A stretch of DNA of 64,000 nt from an archaeon 13_1_40CM_2_52_13 (GTDB lineage Archaea; Thermoproteota; Bathyarchaeia; 40CM-2-53-6): contig MNHO01000049.1 in NCBI GenBank assembly GCA_001919285.1, positions 17,746 through 81,745 of the forward strand. Reading direction: 5' to 3'. The notes below the pieces were generated by a model, which saw nothing but the letters and a program-made list of their open reading frames with translations, searched no databases and was not told where the DNA came from. Shown one piece after another: positions 1 to 10,033 of the stretch. Each line of letters opens with the position of its first letter. Position 1 is the stretch's first letter. The translations under genes and the position numbers were made by a program.

Positions 1-2
1 TA

Positions 3-260
3 CAGTATTCGTTTGCGGCGGCCGAAGATGCTAGCGCGGCTCAGCAGCTTGCCAACAGCGCCATCTCGCCGGCACTCGTCTTCAGTCTCATCGGAGTCGC
101 AATCGGCGTAGCCATCGGCATCCTGCTCGGCTATTTGATATTCCGGAGGAGGAAGTCAGCAGGAGTCCAGTACAATCGATGTCCCACCTGTCAGCAGCTT
201 TTGAGATGGGACCCTGCCCAGATGCGCTGGTATTGCGACACGTGTCAAAAGCCAGTCTGA
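3..260 (+). CDS. 3' end of a membrane-anchored protein with C-terminal zinc ribbon (partial, runs off the window start)
   Basis: Manual translation from nt 3: ...LVFSLIGVAIGVAIGILLGYLIFRRRK (TM plus basic stop-transfer), then CPTC-x14-CDTC and TGA at 258-260. Not in the ORF track because no start codon is in the window. Confidence 0.75.
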   Translation, partial: QYSFAAAEDASAAQQLANSAISPALVFSLIGVAIGVAIGILLGYLIFRRRKSAGVQYNRCPTCQQLLRWDPAQMRWYCDTCQKPV

Positions 261-617
261 GCTATGCTTCTCACTGGGAACAGTAAATGAATGCGCCGCA
301 GACTCGTCCGTTTCAAGCCTGACAGGCGCATAACAAGCCCTGATCACAAATCTGGGCAGGCGATTTTAGATCACTAGACTTTCACGAAGAGCCATACGCT
401 CAATTTCCACTCTACGAAAACGGTCGACCAGCCTATTCCAAGCCGCAAATCGGAAAACTCACCCATATGAGCTTCAACTGGCGAGAGCCTCCTAGAAAAA
501 AGGGGGCAGGAATCTTATTCTCGCGACGCGAGAGTGCTTCTGTCCGCGTTCAGGGATTTCTGCGAACCGCCGGAATGCCAACAGGCTTTGACTGCAAATC
601 TAGGCTACTCTTCTCAG

Positions 618-1412
618 TCAATCATTTGCCCGTGAGATCTGGCTCATGTAGAGACATCGACTCCACGCCAGCTTCGCCGGGCGAATGCCGTGCCCACTGC
701 CGAGGCTAACAGGGGCATCGCGAACTATCGCGAAGGGAATCTGATCCGAAGCCTCGCCCATCACGAACTGGGCCGATGCTGCTATCCCATCCGCAATCGC
801 CCGGAACGTGATCTCGATACGTCTGCCGAAAAGGTCGACACCTCCTCTGAGGTCTTCGACTGCTTCGAATCCCGCGCAGCCGATCGCGAAACCTGTCGTG
901 CCTAGTCTCATCGGGCTCACCCTACTATCGACGATAACCACTCCTACATTTTTCCCCGATTTTCGCCGAATAGACTGACGGATCTTCTTTGCTGACAGAT
1001 CTGCGTTGCGGGGCCATAGCACGACCGCTCCTGCGGGAGCGTTCTTTCGGTCGATTCCAGCGTTTGCAACAGCGTCACCGTTCTTCACCGTCAGAAGCAC
1101 TCCTTTCACGCCGCCGACCACAGTATCAGCTTCGTCGAGAACGGCTTGGGCAAACGATCGAGTGATGGAATGTTTGCGAGCAAGTCTTCTAGCCTGCGGC
1201 CCGGGTCTTATGCCGTCGAGGTAACGGATCCTGTTTTCGGCAATTCCGACAATCTTGCTTGAGACAGCAACAATGTCTTTCGACTCGACGCGCATTCGAT
1301 TCTTGGCTAGAGCTTTGGAAAACAGTCCTGGAATGGAGTCCCCGGGTCTCGCCAGACTCGACCTAATCGGGTAGACAATCACGTTTGATTCAGGACCCGG
1401 TAACCTGGGCAA
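618..1412 (-). CDS. cofE: Coenzyme F420-0:L-glutamate ligase family protein
   Basis: Motifs VSSKIV, ANAGIDRKN, VVIVDSR..MRLGTTG, EDLRGGVDLFGR, VMGEA typical of CofE. Confidence 0.85.
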   Translation of the reverse strand: MPRLPGPESNVIVYPIRSSLARPGDSIPGLFSKALAKNRMRVESKDIVAVSSKIVGIAENRIRYLDGIRPGPQARRLARKHSITRSFAQAVLDEADTVVGGVKGVLLTVKNGDAVANAGIDRKNAPAGAVVLWPRNADLSAKKIRQSIRRKSGKNVGVVIVDSRVSPMRLGTTGFAIGCAGFEAVEDLRGGVDLFGRRIEITFRAIADGIAASAQFVMGEASDQIPFAIVRDAPVSLGSGHGIRPAKLAWSRCLYMSQISRAND

Positions 1413-2937
1413 CGATCTTCGCTATCTCACCCTCACGAACCATCCTGCGAATCTTCTCGATATCATCGTGGGAAGACCGATCTTCAAGTAGCCGAGGAAC
1501 TTTTCGTCTGACGGCTTGGAAGACTCGTCTGGTTCCGACGCCTAATCCCTTTGCTCCTCGCAAGTCGATTCCTTGAGCCGCAACAAGCAGCTCTATGCTG
1601 GCAACGTACTGGGAGTTTTCGAGAATCGCTCTGGCTTTGTGGGCTGCTCCGGGTCCCATGCTGACAAAATCCTCAAAATTGCTCGATGTAGGGATCGAGT
1701 CACTGCTAGCAGGATGCGTCAACAGCTTATTCTCCGCAACGAGCGATGTTGCCGTATACTGCACCGCCATCAACCCGCTTGAGAGTCCTGGCTTCGACCT
1801 TCCCCCGACCAGAAACGGTGGAAGCCCATTGTTGAGTGACGGATCTAGCAGAGCGGATATTCTTCTCTCCGACATGTTAGCGAGGTAGGAAATCGCTAAA
1901 GCCAACAGATCGAGTCCCATCGCGACTGGCTGTCCGTGAAAGTTGCCTCCTGAAATACAGATATCGTCCGCGGGAAAGAGGAGAGGATTATCTGTCGCCG
2001 AGTTCATCTCCACTTCAAGAATTTGCTTTGTGAAATCTAGCCCATCTCTTGATGCTCCCATTACCTGCGGAGCGCACCTGAACGAGTAAGGATCTTGAGG
2101 GCGACCATCAGAAGGATCGCCCCTCTCTATCGTCCTAACCGTTCTACTTCCTTTTACCATTCGCCGAACGTGTTCGGCTACAATCTGCTGTCCTGGATGT
2201 GGCCTGAGCTTCTGAATCCTCTCGTCGAAAGCGTCAAGCCAGCCCTTCAAAGCCTCGAGAGAGAGAGCTAACGCTGCTTCTGTAGTGGCCAGGAGTTGGT
2301 ATGCGTCGTGGAGGCAGAGGCAGCCGATTGCGACCATTTGCTGGGTACCGTTGTTAAGTGCAAGTCCTTCTTTCGCTTCGAGCTTGAGGGGCACGCTGCC
2401 CGAGACCTCTAGGGCTTTCCTACCGGGAATCCATCGTCCGTGTGATTCGGCGCTTCCTTCCCCTAGGAGTACGAGAGCCATATGCGATAGAGGTGACAGG
2501 TCTCCGCTCGCGCCCACCGAGCCTTTCTCTGGTATGTATGGGTGGACCTGTTTGTTGAGAAGCCTAACGATGGCGCTGACTACTTCTGGCCTGATTCCCG
2601 AGTTCCCTTTGAGAAGCGTGTTAGCTCGCAGAAGCATAATTGCCCTCACTATGTCGGAGGAGTGTGGTTTTCCTACGCTCGCCGAGTGGCTCCGGATGAG
2701 GTTCGTCTGGAGCTGTTTCAGATCGTCTGGTGGAATCCTGAAGTTTGATAGAGCTCCGAACCCTGTGTTGACTCCGTAGATCGTTTCCTTTTCTTGTAAC
2801 AATCTTTCGAGGGATCTGCGTCCGTTTCTTGTGCGGACGATCGCTTTCTCGGAGATGACAGTCAGAGCATTCTCTCTGGCAACCTGCAAGACCTGATCGA
2901 GTGTAAGATGGGATCCGTCTATCGTAACCTCGGCCAA
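1390..2937 (-). CDS. hutH: Histidine ammonia-lyase
   Basis: IYGVNTGFG, MIO-forming GSVGASGDL, QDPYSFRC, SGGNFHG; adjacent to hutU/hutI. Confidence 0.95.
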   Translation of the reverse strand: MAEVTIDGSHLTLDQVLQVARENALTVISEKAIVRTRNGRRSLERLLQEKETIYGVNTGFGALSNFRIPPDDLKQLQTNLIRSHSASVGKPHSSDIVRAIMLLRANTLLKGNSGIRPEVVSAIVRLLNKQVHPYIPEKGSVGASGDLSPLSHMALVLLGEGSAESHGRWIPGRKALEVSGSVPLKLEAKEGLALNNGTQQMVAIGCLCLHDAYQLLATTEAALALSLEALKGWLDAFDERIQKLRPHPGQQIVAEHVRRMVKGSRTVRTIERGDPSDGRPQDPYSFRCAPQVMGASRDGLDFTKQILEVEMNSATDNPLLFPADDICISGGNFHGQPVAMGLDLLALAISYLANMSERRISALLDPSLNNGLPPFLVGGRSKPGLSSGLMAVQYTATSLVAENKLLTHPASSDSIPTSSNFEDFVSMGPGAAHKARAILENSQYVASIELLVAAQGIDLRGAKGLGVGTRRVFQAVRRKVPRLLEDRSSHDDIEKIRRMVREGEIAKIVAQVTGS

Positions 2938-2989
2938 TGTCCTACCGTTTGTTTGAAGCGAGATGTTTGAGAGATAAGTATTGGCGGGC

Positions 2990-4681
2990 TTACCTGAGCA
3001 TCGGCATCCGCAGCCCCTGCTTTCTAACTATCTCCTTTGCCTTCGGATAGCCTGCATCAGCATGTCGGACAACTCCGATCCCAGGGTCTACCGTCAGCAC
3101 ACGTTCTAGCCTTTCCGCGGCTTCAGGCGTGCCATCAGCCACAAGGCACATTCCCGCGTGAATACTGTAGCCCATTCCAACCCCGCCACCCTGATGAACG
3201 CTCACCCACGTTGCCCCTGCAGCAGTGTTGAGAAGCGCGTTGAGGATCGGCCAGTCAGCTATCGCGTCGCTTCCATCCATCATCCCTTCCGTCTCCCTTC
3301 TCGGCGACGCTACGCTCCCACAGTCGAGGTGATCTCTTCCGATCCATATGGGACCTGATAACTTCCCAGTTCTCACCATATCGTTGATGCGTCCTCCGAA
3401 CTTCGCTCTCTCACCGTAGCCTAGCCAGCACACTCGGGCGGGCAGTCCCTGGAACTTGACGTGCTGCCTAGCTTTCTTTATCCATCGTCGGAGGTCCGTG
3501 TTGTCGGGGAAAGTGTCAAGGACTAGCTGGTCTATTTTCCGGATGTCTTCTGCGTCCCCCACGAGCGAGGTCCACCTGAACGGACCTCTACCTTCACAGA
3601 ACATTGGTCTGATGTACTTCTGGACGAATCCAGGAAATTCGAATGCCTCCTTCAGACCAGCATCAAAGGCTTTTTGTCGGATGTTGTTGCCATATTCAAA
3701 GACGACAGCGCCTTTGCGACCCATATCGATCATGGCCTTGACATGGGTCAGGATACTCTTGCCAGCTCTATCGAGATACTTGGTTGGGTTTGATTTTCTG
3801 AGCCGGTCAGCTTCCTCCTTCGACAATCCCGCAGGATAGTATCCGTTGAGAGGATCGTGGGCTGAAGTTTGATCAGTGACAATGTCTGGAATGAAGGATC
3901 TTCTAACAAGTTCTGGATGAACCTCAGCGGCGTTTCCAAGCAGGGCTAGACTTGTCGAGGTTCCTTGTTGCTTAGCTTCGTTCACAATATCGATGGCTTC
4001 GTCAAGATCATCAGTCGATCTTTCAAGATAGCCGTGCCTAAGCCTCCTCTCTATCGCGCGTTTATCGATCTCAACAGCCAGCGCGATTCCATCGTTCATC
4101 GTTACCGCCAACGGCTGCGCCCCGCCCATCTCCCCGAGCCCCGCGGTGAGGACAACTCGTCCCCTCAATCTGCCCCCGAAATGTTCCCTAGCGGCAGCGG
4201 CGAGCGTCTCGTAAGTGCCCTGTAAAATCCCCTGTGTTCCGATGTAAGCCCAAGACCCGGCAGTCATTTGTCCGAACATTATCAGGCCCTTCTGTTCCAG
4301 CTCGTAGAAGTAGTCCCATGTCGCCCATTTTGGCACCAGCATACTGTTGACGATCAAGACTCTCGGTGCCATCCTGTGAGTCTTGAAGATCGCCACAGGC
4401 TTCCCGCTCTGGACGAGGAGAGTGTCATCCTCCCCTAGATTCTTGAGGGACTCCTCGATTGTCGCCAGAGCCTCCCACGATCGAGCCGCTCTTCCCGTTC
4501 CACCATAAACGATCAGCTCATCCGGGTTTTTCGCCACGTCGGGCTGCAGAACATTATGGAGCATTCTCAATGCTCCCTCAATCTGCCAATTCCTGCAGTT
4601 GAGACTACGGCCAGTAATCAGAGAGAGTTTCTCTTTCTGTCTCAGAGTGGTAGCAGGCCGTGGTTGACCCTGTCGAGTCAA
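2990..4681 (-). CDS. hutU: Urocanate hydratase
   Basis: [51 protein letters not shown] start overlaps the hutI stop (TTGA). Confidence 0.97.
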   Translation of the reverse strand: MTRQGQPRPATTLRQKEKLSLITGRSLNCRNWQIEGALRMLHNVLQPDVAKNPDELIVYGGTGRAARSWEALATIEESLKNLGEDDTLLVQSGKPVAIFKTHRMAPRVLIVNSMLVPKWATWDYFYELEQKGLIMFGQMTAGSWAYIGTQGILQGTYETLAAAAREHFGGRLRGRVVLTAGLGEMGGAQPLAVTMNDGIALAVEIDKRAIERRLRHGYLERSTDDLDEAIDIVNEAKQQGTSTSLALLGNAAEVHPELVRRSFIPDIVTDQTSAHDPLNGYYPAGLSKEEADRLRKSNPTKYLDRAGKSILTHVKAMIDMGRKGAVVFEYGNNIRQKAFDAGLKEAFEFPGFVQKYIRPMFCEGRGPFRWTSLVGDAEDIRKIDQLVLDTFPDNTDLRRWIKKARQHVKFQGLPARVCWLGYGERAKFGGRINDMVRTGKLSGPIWIGRDHLDCGSVASPRRETEGMMDGSDAIADWPILNALLNTAAGATWVSVHQGGGVGMGYSIHAGMCLVADGTPEAAERLERVLTVDPGIGVVRHADAGYPKAKEIVRKQGLRMPMLR

Positions 4682-5964
4682 TAGACCCTCTTGCCCTCCT
4701 TCACAATTTCCCTTCCCTCAATAAGGACCTTGTCCACCATCCCTTCCCCGTAGGTGTAACCGATCCGCTTGTGGCTCGGAACTTTCAGAACAACGATGTC
4801 GGCGCGCTTTCTAGGCGCGATACTTCCTATAGTATGTTCAAGGCCCAGCGATCTGGCTGCGTTGATCGTGATTCCGCGAATGATCTCGTCCGCTTTCATC
4901 CGGAGCCCCCTGGCCGCCACTGCCGCGACTGTAAGTTGTCCGAGAATCCAGTTGGAGGGGCTAAAGTCTGTTCCCAAGGCCACCGGAAGCCCTTTCGATA
5001 GCATGTCCTTCGCTGGAGCATATTTGCCACTCAGTAGACTGTGAGAAGAAGCTGGGAGCAGAACCGGGGTGACTGAGGTTTGGGTCATTCGCTCCAGCTC
5101 GCCGAGTTTCGAATGAACCAAGTGATCTGCAGATGCAGCTCTGACCTCGTTGGCTACTCCTGCTCCTTGGCTTTCGGTGAACTGGTCAGCGTGTATCCTC
5201 GGCCTCAGACCATTTCGGGTTCCTGCTCTCAATATTTTTCTCGACAACTGTGGGTTGAAGACTCCATTTTCACAGAAAACATCGCAGAATTCTGCAAGCC
5301 CCTCACGGCGAACAGATGGAATCATTTCTTCGATCACTATCCTTGCGTAATCCTCAGGAGCCATTCCTGAGGGGACCGCGTGCGCGCCAAGGAAGGTTGC
5401 AGCTATTCGGCAGAGGTTCTGCTCCTTGAGTTTGTGAATGACTCTCAGGATTTTCAGCTCGTCCTCAAAACGGAGCCCATATCCACTCTTGATCTCTAGT
5501 GTGGTCGTTCCGGCCTCTACCATAGTATTCAATCGGTCCTGAGCAATTGTGAGGAGTTCAAACTGGCTCGTTTGGCGAGTCTTGTTGACAGTTTCCATGA
5601 TTCCTCCTCCCTTCTGGAGAATATCGAGGTAGGAGGCCCCTGCAAGTCTTTGTTGAAACTCCTCTTCTCTGGACCCTTGGAAGACTAGGTGCGTGTGAGG
5701 GTCAACAAAGCCGGGGACAACTATCTCGCCCGTTGCGAGTAAGTGTCTTGAAGCCGAGTACTTCTGTTCTAGCAATTGGGAGGATGCGGTCTCTACGATC
5801 TTTCCTTCATCGATTGCAACTCCTCCCTCATCTATGATGCCAAGGTCGTCGTCAACGGAGTTGTCAACCGTAATTGTCTCCTTTGAGTCAAGGATGAGAA
5901 GGTCTATTCGACGCTTCGTGTGCGGTTCCCTTGTAGATTCGACGCAGAGTTCGATAATTACCAG
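4678..5964 (-). CDS. hutI: Imidazolonepropionase; true start probably upstream of the ORF-track start at 5775 (CTG at 5964 proposed)
   Basis: [33 protein letters not shown]. The frame stays open upstream and encodes the usual N-terminal strands (IDLLILD...[17 protein letters not shown]) with no ATG/GTG/TTG. Confidence 0.9.
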   Translation of the reverse strand: MVIIELCVESTREPHTKRRIDLLILDSKETITVDNSVDDDLGIIDEGGVAIDEGKIVETASSQLLEQKYSASRHLLATGEIVVPGFVDPHTHLVFQGSREEEFQQRLAGASYLDILQKGGGIMETVNKTRQTSQFELLTIAQDRLNTMVEAGTTTLEIKSGYGLRFEDELKILRVIHKLKEQNLCRIAATFLGAHAVPSGMAPEDYARIVIEEMIPSVRREGLAEFCDVFCENGVFNPQLSRKILRAGTRNGLRPRIHADQFTESQGAGVANEVRAASADHLVHSKLGELERMTQTSVTPVLLPASSHSLLSGKYAPAKDMLSKGLPVALGTDFSPSNWILGQLTVAAVAARGLRMKADEIIRGITINAARSLGLEHTIGSIAPRKRADIVVLKVPSHKRIGYTYGEGMVDKVLIEGREIVKEGKRVY

Positions 5965-5967
5965 TTG

Positions 5968-7059
5968 TCAGATTACGAGCTTTCCCTCGACCATTATGGC
6001 TAAGCCATCAATGTCGATTGTAGGTTTTGTGAGTGTTCCTGAGAATGAGAGGCTACTATCGTTCTGTCCTCCGATCCCTTTGTTGGCTCCGATACCGATT
6101 GTCGCCGTTCCTAGGGCAAGCTCGTCGGTCCGATATCCGATAAGCTCTATTTTCGAATTCAATCCTAGAGCGAATTGGCCGATCCTGTCTTTGTCTCCTT
6201 GCGTGGCTTCGAAAACCTCTCTGAACACGTCTTCGTACTTCTTGGCATGAAATTCCTTTATCCTTCCTTTCTCGAACACAAACTGCAAGTCGGTTATCAG
6301 ACGCCCCTTCAAGGCCCTAGGAGTATCGAGCACAACAGTGCCTCGCGCGCTAGTCTCGATCGGTGGCACCTCGACCTTCCCGGAGGGCAGTTGAGTCGAG
6401 ACGAGGCCACGTTCCATGTCGTCCTGGTCTACGATTCCATCCTCAATATGGACTGGCCGTTTCGTAATGTCAAACCTGAGATCTGTTCCTATCTTGGATG
6501 TGATGTGGACCTTCGTCGCTCGTTCTAGACGGTTTGCAATTTTCTTGCCTAGCTCTGTCATTTTCGGATAGTCGACTCTGATCGCGTCCTCGGTGTTCTT
6601 GAGCCATCTGGCATAGTCGAAACCGTAGGCCCGAGCACGTTGGGGGGTGACGTCGCCGAGGAGAACCTGCAAGACTCGGATTTTTCTCTCAATAGTCTTG
6701 TCTACGAGTGGTTTGTCTCCTTCGAAAAATGGCTCGAGACGCGAAGAGGGAACCTCTCTGAACTTCGTCGGGTCTTCGGGACCCCCGATCCCAATCCAGA
6801 CTGTAGCACTCTCCATCGCACCTAGGATGTGTCGAGGTGTCTTGCGGAAATACTGTTCGGGTATTTCCTCCAATGCCTTCCACCACAATCGGTCGGTCAT
6901 AAGTGTGATCAGAGGCTTTGCCCCGGTCCTGAGGCATTCGAGTGCAATGTCACTTGCTAGGTCGATAGTATGTTGCCAAGTATCAATGACAACCATGTCG
7001 TCCTCGTGAATTCTCAATGAGGTCTGAACGACACGTTTTGCTATGGAGTCATCCGGCAA
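5968..7059 (-). CDS. M29 (AmpS/AmpT) aminopeptidase-like protein with degenerate metal ligands
   Basis: Overall M29 layout (GTDLRF, LPSGxV, IGxFALGLN, GIGAN..GG.N, PTIDIDG). Confidence 0.7.
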   Translation of the reverse strand: MPDDSIAKRVVQTSLRIHEDDMVVIDTWQHTIDLASDIALECLRTGAKPLITLMTDRLWWKALEEIPEQYFRKTPRHILGAMESATVWIGIGGPEDPTKFREVPSSRLEPFFEGDKPLVDKTIERKIRVLQVLLGDVTPQRARAYGFDYARWLKNTEDAIRVDYPKMTELGKKIANRLERATKVHITSKIGTDLRFDITKRPVHIEDGIVDQDDMERGLVSTQLPSGKVEVPPIETSARGTVVLDTPRALKGRLITDLQFVFEKGRIKEFHAKKYEDVFREVFEATQGDKDRIGQFALGLNSKIELIGYRTDELALGTATIGIGANKGIGGQNDSSLSFSGTLTKPTIDIDGLAIMVEGKLVI

Positions 7060-7269
7060 GCAAAGACCAGTTGATATGAGGATTTGTCGCGTAGATAAGC
7101 GTTGAACGCTTCGAGTGGAATGTGCATTAGATGCTATGACTGTCTGAGGTTCAAGCCTGAGTTATCAGCCTCTTGTCCGACCTATTTTTCGGAGTGTTCG
7201 AAGGTTCCACGCGGACTGTCGCGGACTCGATCTCGGGGGCATGGTCAAGTTTGACCTCGCCATGCGTAA

Positions 7270-8442
7270 TCAACCTTGGTTGAGCGGAGGCTGAGCATGA
7301 TCGTGGAGAATGCTCTCGTTTGGTCCGTGAGGGCTCCTGAGGGGTTGCCCGACTCCTACAGCGAAGAGTACTGTTTCTGAGACACCATCGAGATTCAGCT
7401 CTTTCTCGATAAGGTTGTCACGCAATATTCCGATGCAGAAGGCGCCTAGTCCGAGGGCGGTAGCGACTAAAAGAAACGACTGTGAGAGATGCCCGGCGTC
7501 GAGTAAGAACGCCCTATAGACTCGTGGTACTCTATACTTCCAAGCCGTTCGTGCAATGACAGCTGTCATTATGAAAAGGGCGCTCGCATTTCTTGTCCAT
7601 GAATGACCGGCAGTCAACACTTCACATCTCTCACGGAAGTCTCCAGCTTTGAGAAGTTCCAGCGAGTGGTCTCTCACAGAGTAGTGGTATATCCCTGGCT
7701 CAATCCCCTCCACATTGTTGATGATACCGTAGGTTTCTATCGGGTGGCGTGCTCCGGCCGACGGACTGGTCTTGTGGAGCAGCTCTCCGAACTCGCGGGT
7801 CTTGTAGGATGAGATCCTTCCCCAAGTGAAGAAGGCGAGTCTTGACAGATCATTGAAGCTTATCGCGTTCCCAGAGAGTTCTCTCGTCGAATGTCTCCTG
7901 CGAAGTGTCCTGAAAAATGGGGCTTCGGGGCGAGATTCTTTCGACAGGTTAATCTTGGGTTGTTTGTGATAGGACTTGTAAATGGGTGGTTGTTTTCTTC
8001 CCTTAAGGTACTTCTTGTAATACTGGTTAATCTCGTCGGCCGAATTGTGAGGGTCGTCGATCTTCGTCGAGAAGTGATAGTAACGAGAGGCTGTCGGCCA
8101 TAGCCATTCGTGTCCGAATTTGTTCTCTAACTTGGCCTCTTCGGAGTCTTTGGTGATTAGCAAACCGTTGTCTCTTAGGTTCCGAATTGAGTGAAAGATG
8201 GACTCTCTGGTGTAACCGCTCAGACTTTGTGAAGCTTCCGAGGCAGTTCTCCATGTCGAAAAGTAACTGAGGAGCATCATGGCATTCAAATCAATCTTGA
8301 AGGTTCGTCTCCTCATGTAATTCTCGACAATCAGGTGCTCTCGACGAAAATACATCATTACGTTGGGTGATCTTCTCATCTTCAACCCAGAGAATTCGCT
8401 ATTGATTTTTCTACCGGTAGAAGTCAACTTGCGCTTCATCAA
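7270..8442 (-). CDS. SagB/ThcOx-family FMN-dependent peptide dehydrogenase with N-terminal RRE/wHTH-like domain
   Basis: RRHSTR, KTSPSAGARHPIE, GIYHY, WKYR..RVYR...LDAGHLSQ; N-terminal three-strand/three-helix pattern ending L.DNGLL. Confidence 0.85.
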   Translation of the reverse strand: MMKRKLTSTGRKINSEFSGLKMRRSPNVMMYFRREHLIVENYMRRRTFKIDLNAMMLLSYFSTWRTASEASQSLSGYTRESIFHSIRNLRDNGLLITKDSEEAKLENKFGHEWLWPTASRYYHFSTKIDDPHNSADEINQYYKKYLKGRKQPPIYKSYHKQPKINLSKESRPEAPFFRTLRRRHSTRELSGNAISFNDLSRLAFFTWGRISSYKTREFGELLHKTSPSAGARHPIETYGIINNVEGIEPGIYHYSVRDHSLELLKAGDFRERCEVLTAGHSWTRNASALFIMTAVIARTAWKYRVPRVYRAFLLDAGHLSQSFLLVATALGLGAFCIGILRDNLIEKELNLDGVSETVLFAVGVGQPLRSPHGPNESILHDHAQPPLNQG

Positions 8443-8873
8443 CCTCCTTCTGGCATCGGAAAGCGTTATATTTCGTGCCTTGTCAGTTGGAGCGAGGAAA
8501 TACTACTTGAAGGACAAGATGAAGCGTAAGAAGCTGAACGCAGTCGTTGTACCGATTCGAGCAACCCCGCGCTTGCCTGCTGGAAAATGGACCCTCAGTA
8601 TCGATTCGTAGAACTTCTCAACCACTCGGACAATTAATGATCTTCAGTCGGAATCGTACTGGTAGTCTTGCCATATCCATATGTTGTGCTTCCTCATCCA
8701 AAGGCTTCGCTTATGAAGGATAAGTCGGGTAACAGTGGAACTATCATTGCGTTTGGTAAGTTAGCCTTCACCTCAGACAGTTCTGCTATAGAACAATCTG
8801 GTTATCTTCGAGAGTACGTAGATTCTCATAGACAAGACAGACTGTAGCATATTCCTCATAGACTGACGGAGCT

Positions 8874-9341
8874 CTACCCGCGGATGTCTGAACTCCCAAA
8901 TCCGAGTACTAGTAACGAGTGAAATCTTCTCATCAATAGACTAATCTGTGGCTTGAATAGCACAACTGATTCAGGTTTCTGTTCTTTGAATTGTTCGAAA
9001 CTTCCTTGGAAGGATTCGGCCAGGAGCAACATCGCATACTCTTCGTAACGACCTCCCATAACTGTGAAGGCGCCGGGTCCGAGGTCTCTCCTTCTGAGAA
9101 ATACGATTGGCAGTCTTACTCGCGTACCTGCTTCGGTAGGGAGAGAATGGGATAGTTCTTCAAGCTCACGCGTCTTCATCTTGATGAGGTCTCCGGACGC
9201 GGCCGGAACTCTCGGGGCGGGCTCGCTCAGAAGTTCTTTCAGAGTTCTACGGTTCTTTGGAAGATGAGAGTTGAGCTTTCTCATGTCATCGCGAAGAAGT
9301 GCGTTGAAGAACCGATCACGCTGCTCCAATTCAGAGTTCAC
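8874..9341 (-). CDS. DUF61/UPF0216 family protein
   Basis: LNSHLPKNRRTLKELL and RVRLPI motifs; GTGA overlap with the fibrillarin stop. Confidence 0.75.
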   Translation of the reverse strand: MNSELEQRDRFFNALLRDDMRKLNSHLPKNRRTLKELLSEPAPRVPAASGDLIKMKTRELEELSHSLPTEAGTRVRLPIVFLRRRDLGPGAFTVMGGRYEEYAMLLLAESFQGSFEQFKEQKPESVVLFKPQISLLMRRFHSLLVLGFGSSDIRG

Positions 9342-10033
9342 CGTTTGCTGCCCAGGATCATAGAGTGATCTTTTTCGAACGGGTCGAGTCGGATCATTTC
9401 TTTCACCATGTAGCCCTTTTCCTCAAGGAGGGTTCTCTCCTGTCGAAAAATTGATGAAGGTTCCTTCGAGACATCAATGCTTCTGGCTTTTACCGCAAAA
9501 AGGAAATCTCCATTGTCGGAGAGATACCGATCGATGTTCTCAGAGAGGATTCTAGCTTGGTCGGGCTGTGCGATGTCCGCGTAGATACTGTCGACGCCTT
9601 GGACGAGACTTCTATACTTTTCTGGAAACCTTGCGTCTCCGAAGATTGGGATCATGTTTCTCCTGTTCTTACTCGTGTTATTGACTAGGTCTCTGAACGA
9701 TCTCTGAGCGAATTCTACGCAGTAGACTCGTCCCTTTTCTCCTATGATGTCGCTCACATGGCTTGCGGTCGTGCCACTTGCTGCCCCGAGGTAGAGAACC
9801 GTATTTCCGAGCTTGATTGGAACTTCAGAAAGCCCTTTCAGTACGGCGGCAGCTAGCTTACTCCTGTACGGATCCCAGACCCGATATTCTCTATCTGCGA
9901 TCCTTACGATGTCTTCCCCGTAGACGGTGGTCCCGGGGTCCTGGCTGAGCGTGGCCAATCTCTCCTCTCCCTCTCGGACCAGCCAGTATATCCCTTCGAG
10001 CGTCTTGTGCGGGCGGACCCCAGGTCTTCTCAT
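9338..10033 (-). CDS. flpA: Fibrillarin-like rRNA/tRNA 2'-O-methyltransferase
   Basis: EYRVWDPYRSKLAA, VLYLGAASGTTASHVSD, DIAQPDQ, KARSID. Confidence 0.97.
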   Translation of the reverse strand: MRRPGVRPHKTLEGIYWLVREGEERLATLSQDPGTTVYGEDIVRIADREYRVWDPYRSKLAAAVLKGLSEVPIKLGNTVLYLGAASGTTASHVSDIIGEKGRVYCVEFAQRSFRDLVNNTSKNRRNMIPIFGDARFPEKYRSLVQGVDSIYADIAQPDQARILSENIDRYLSDNGDFLFAVKARSIDVSKEPSSIFRQERTLLEEKGYMVKEMIRLDPFEKDHSMILGSKR

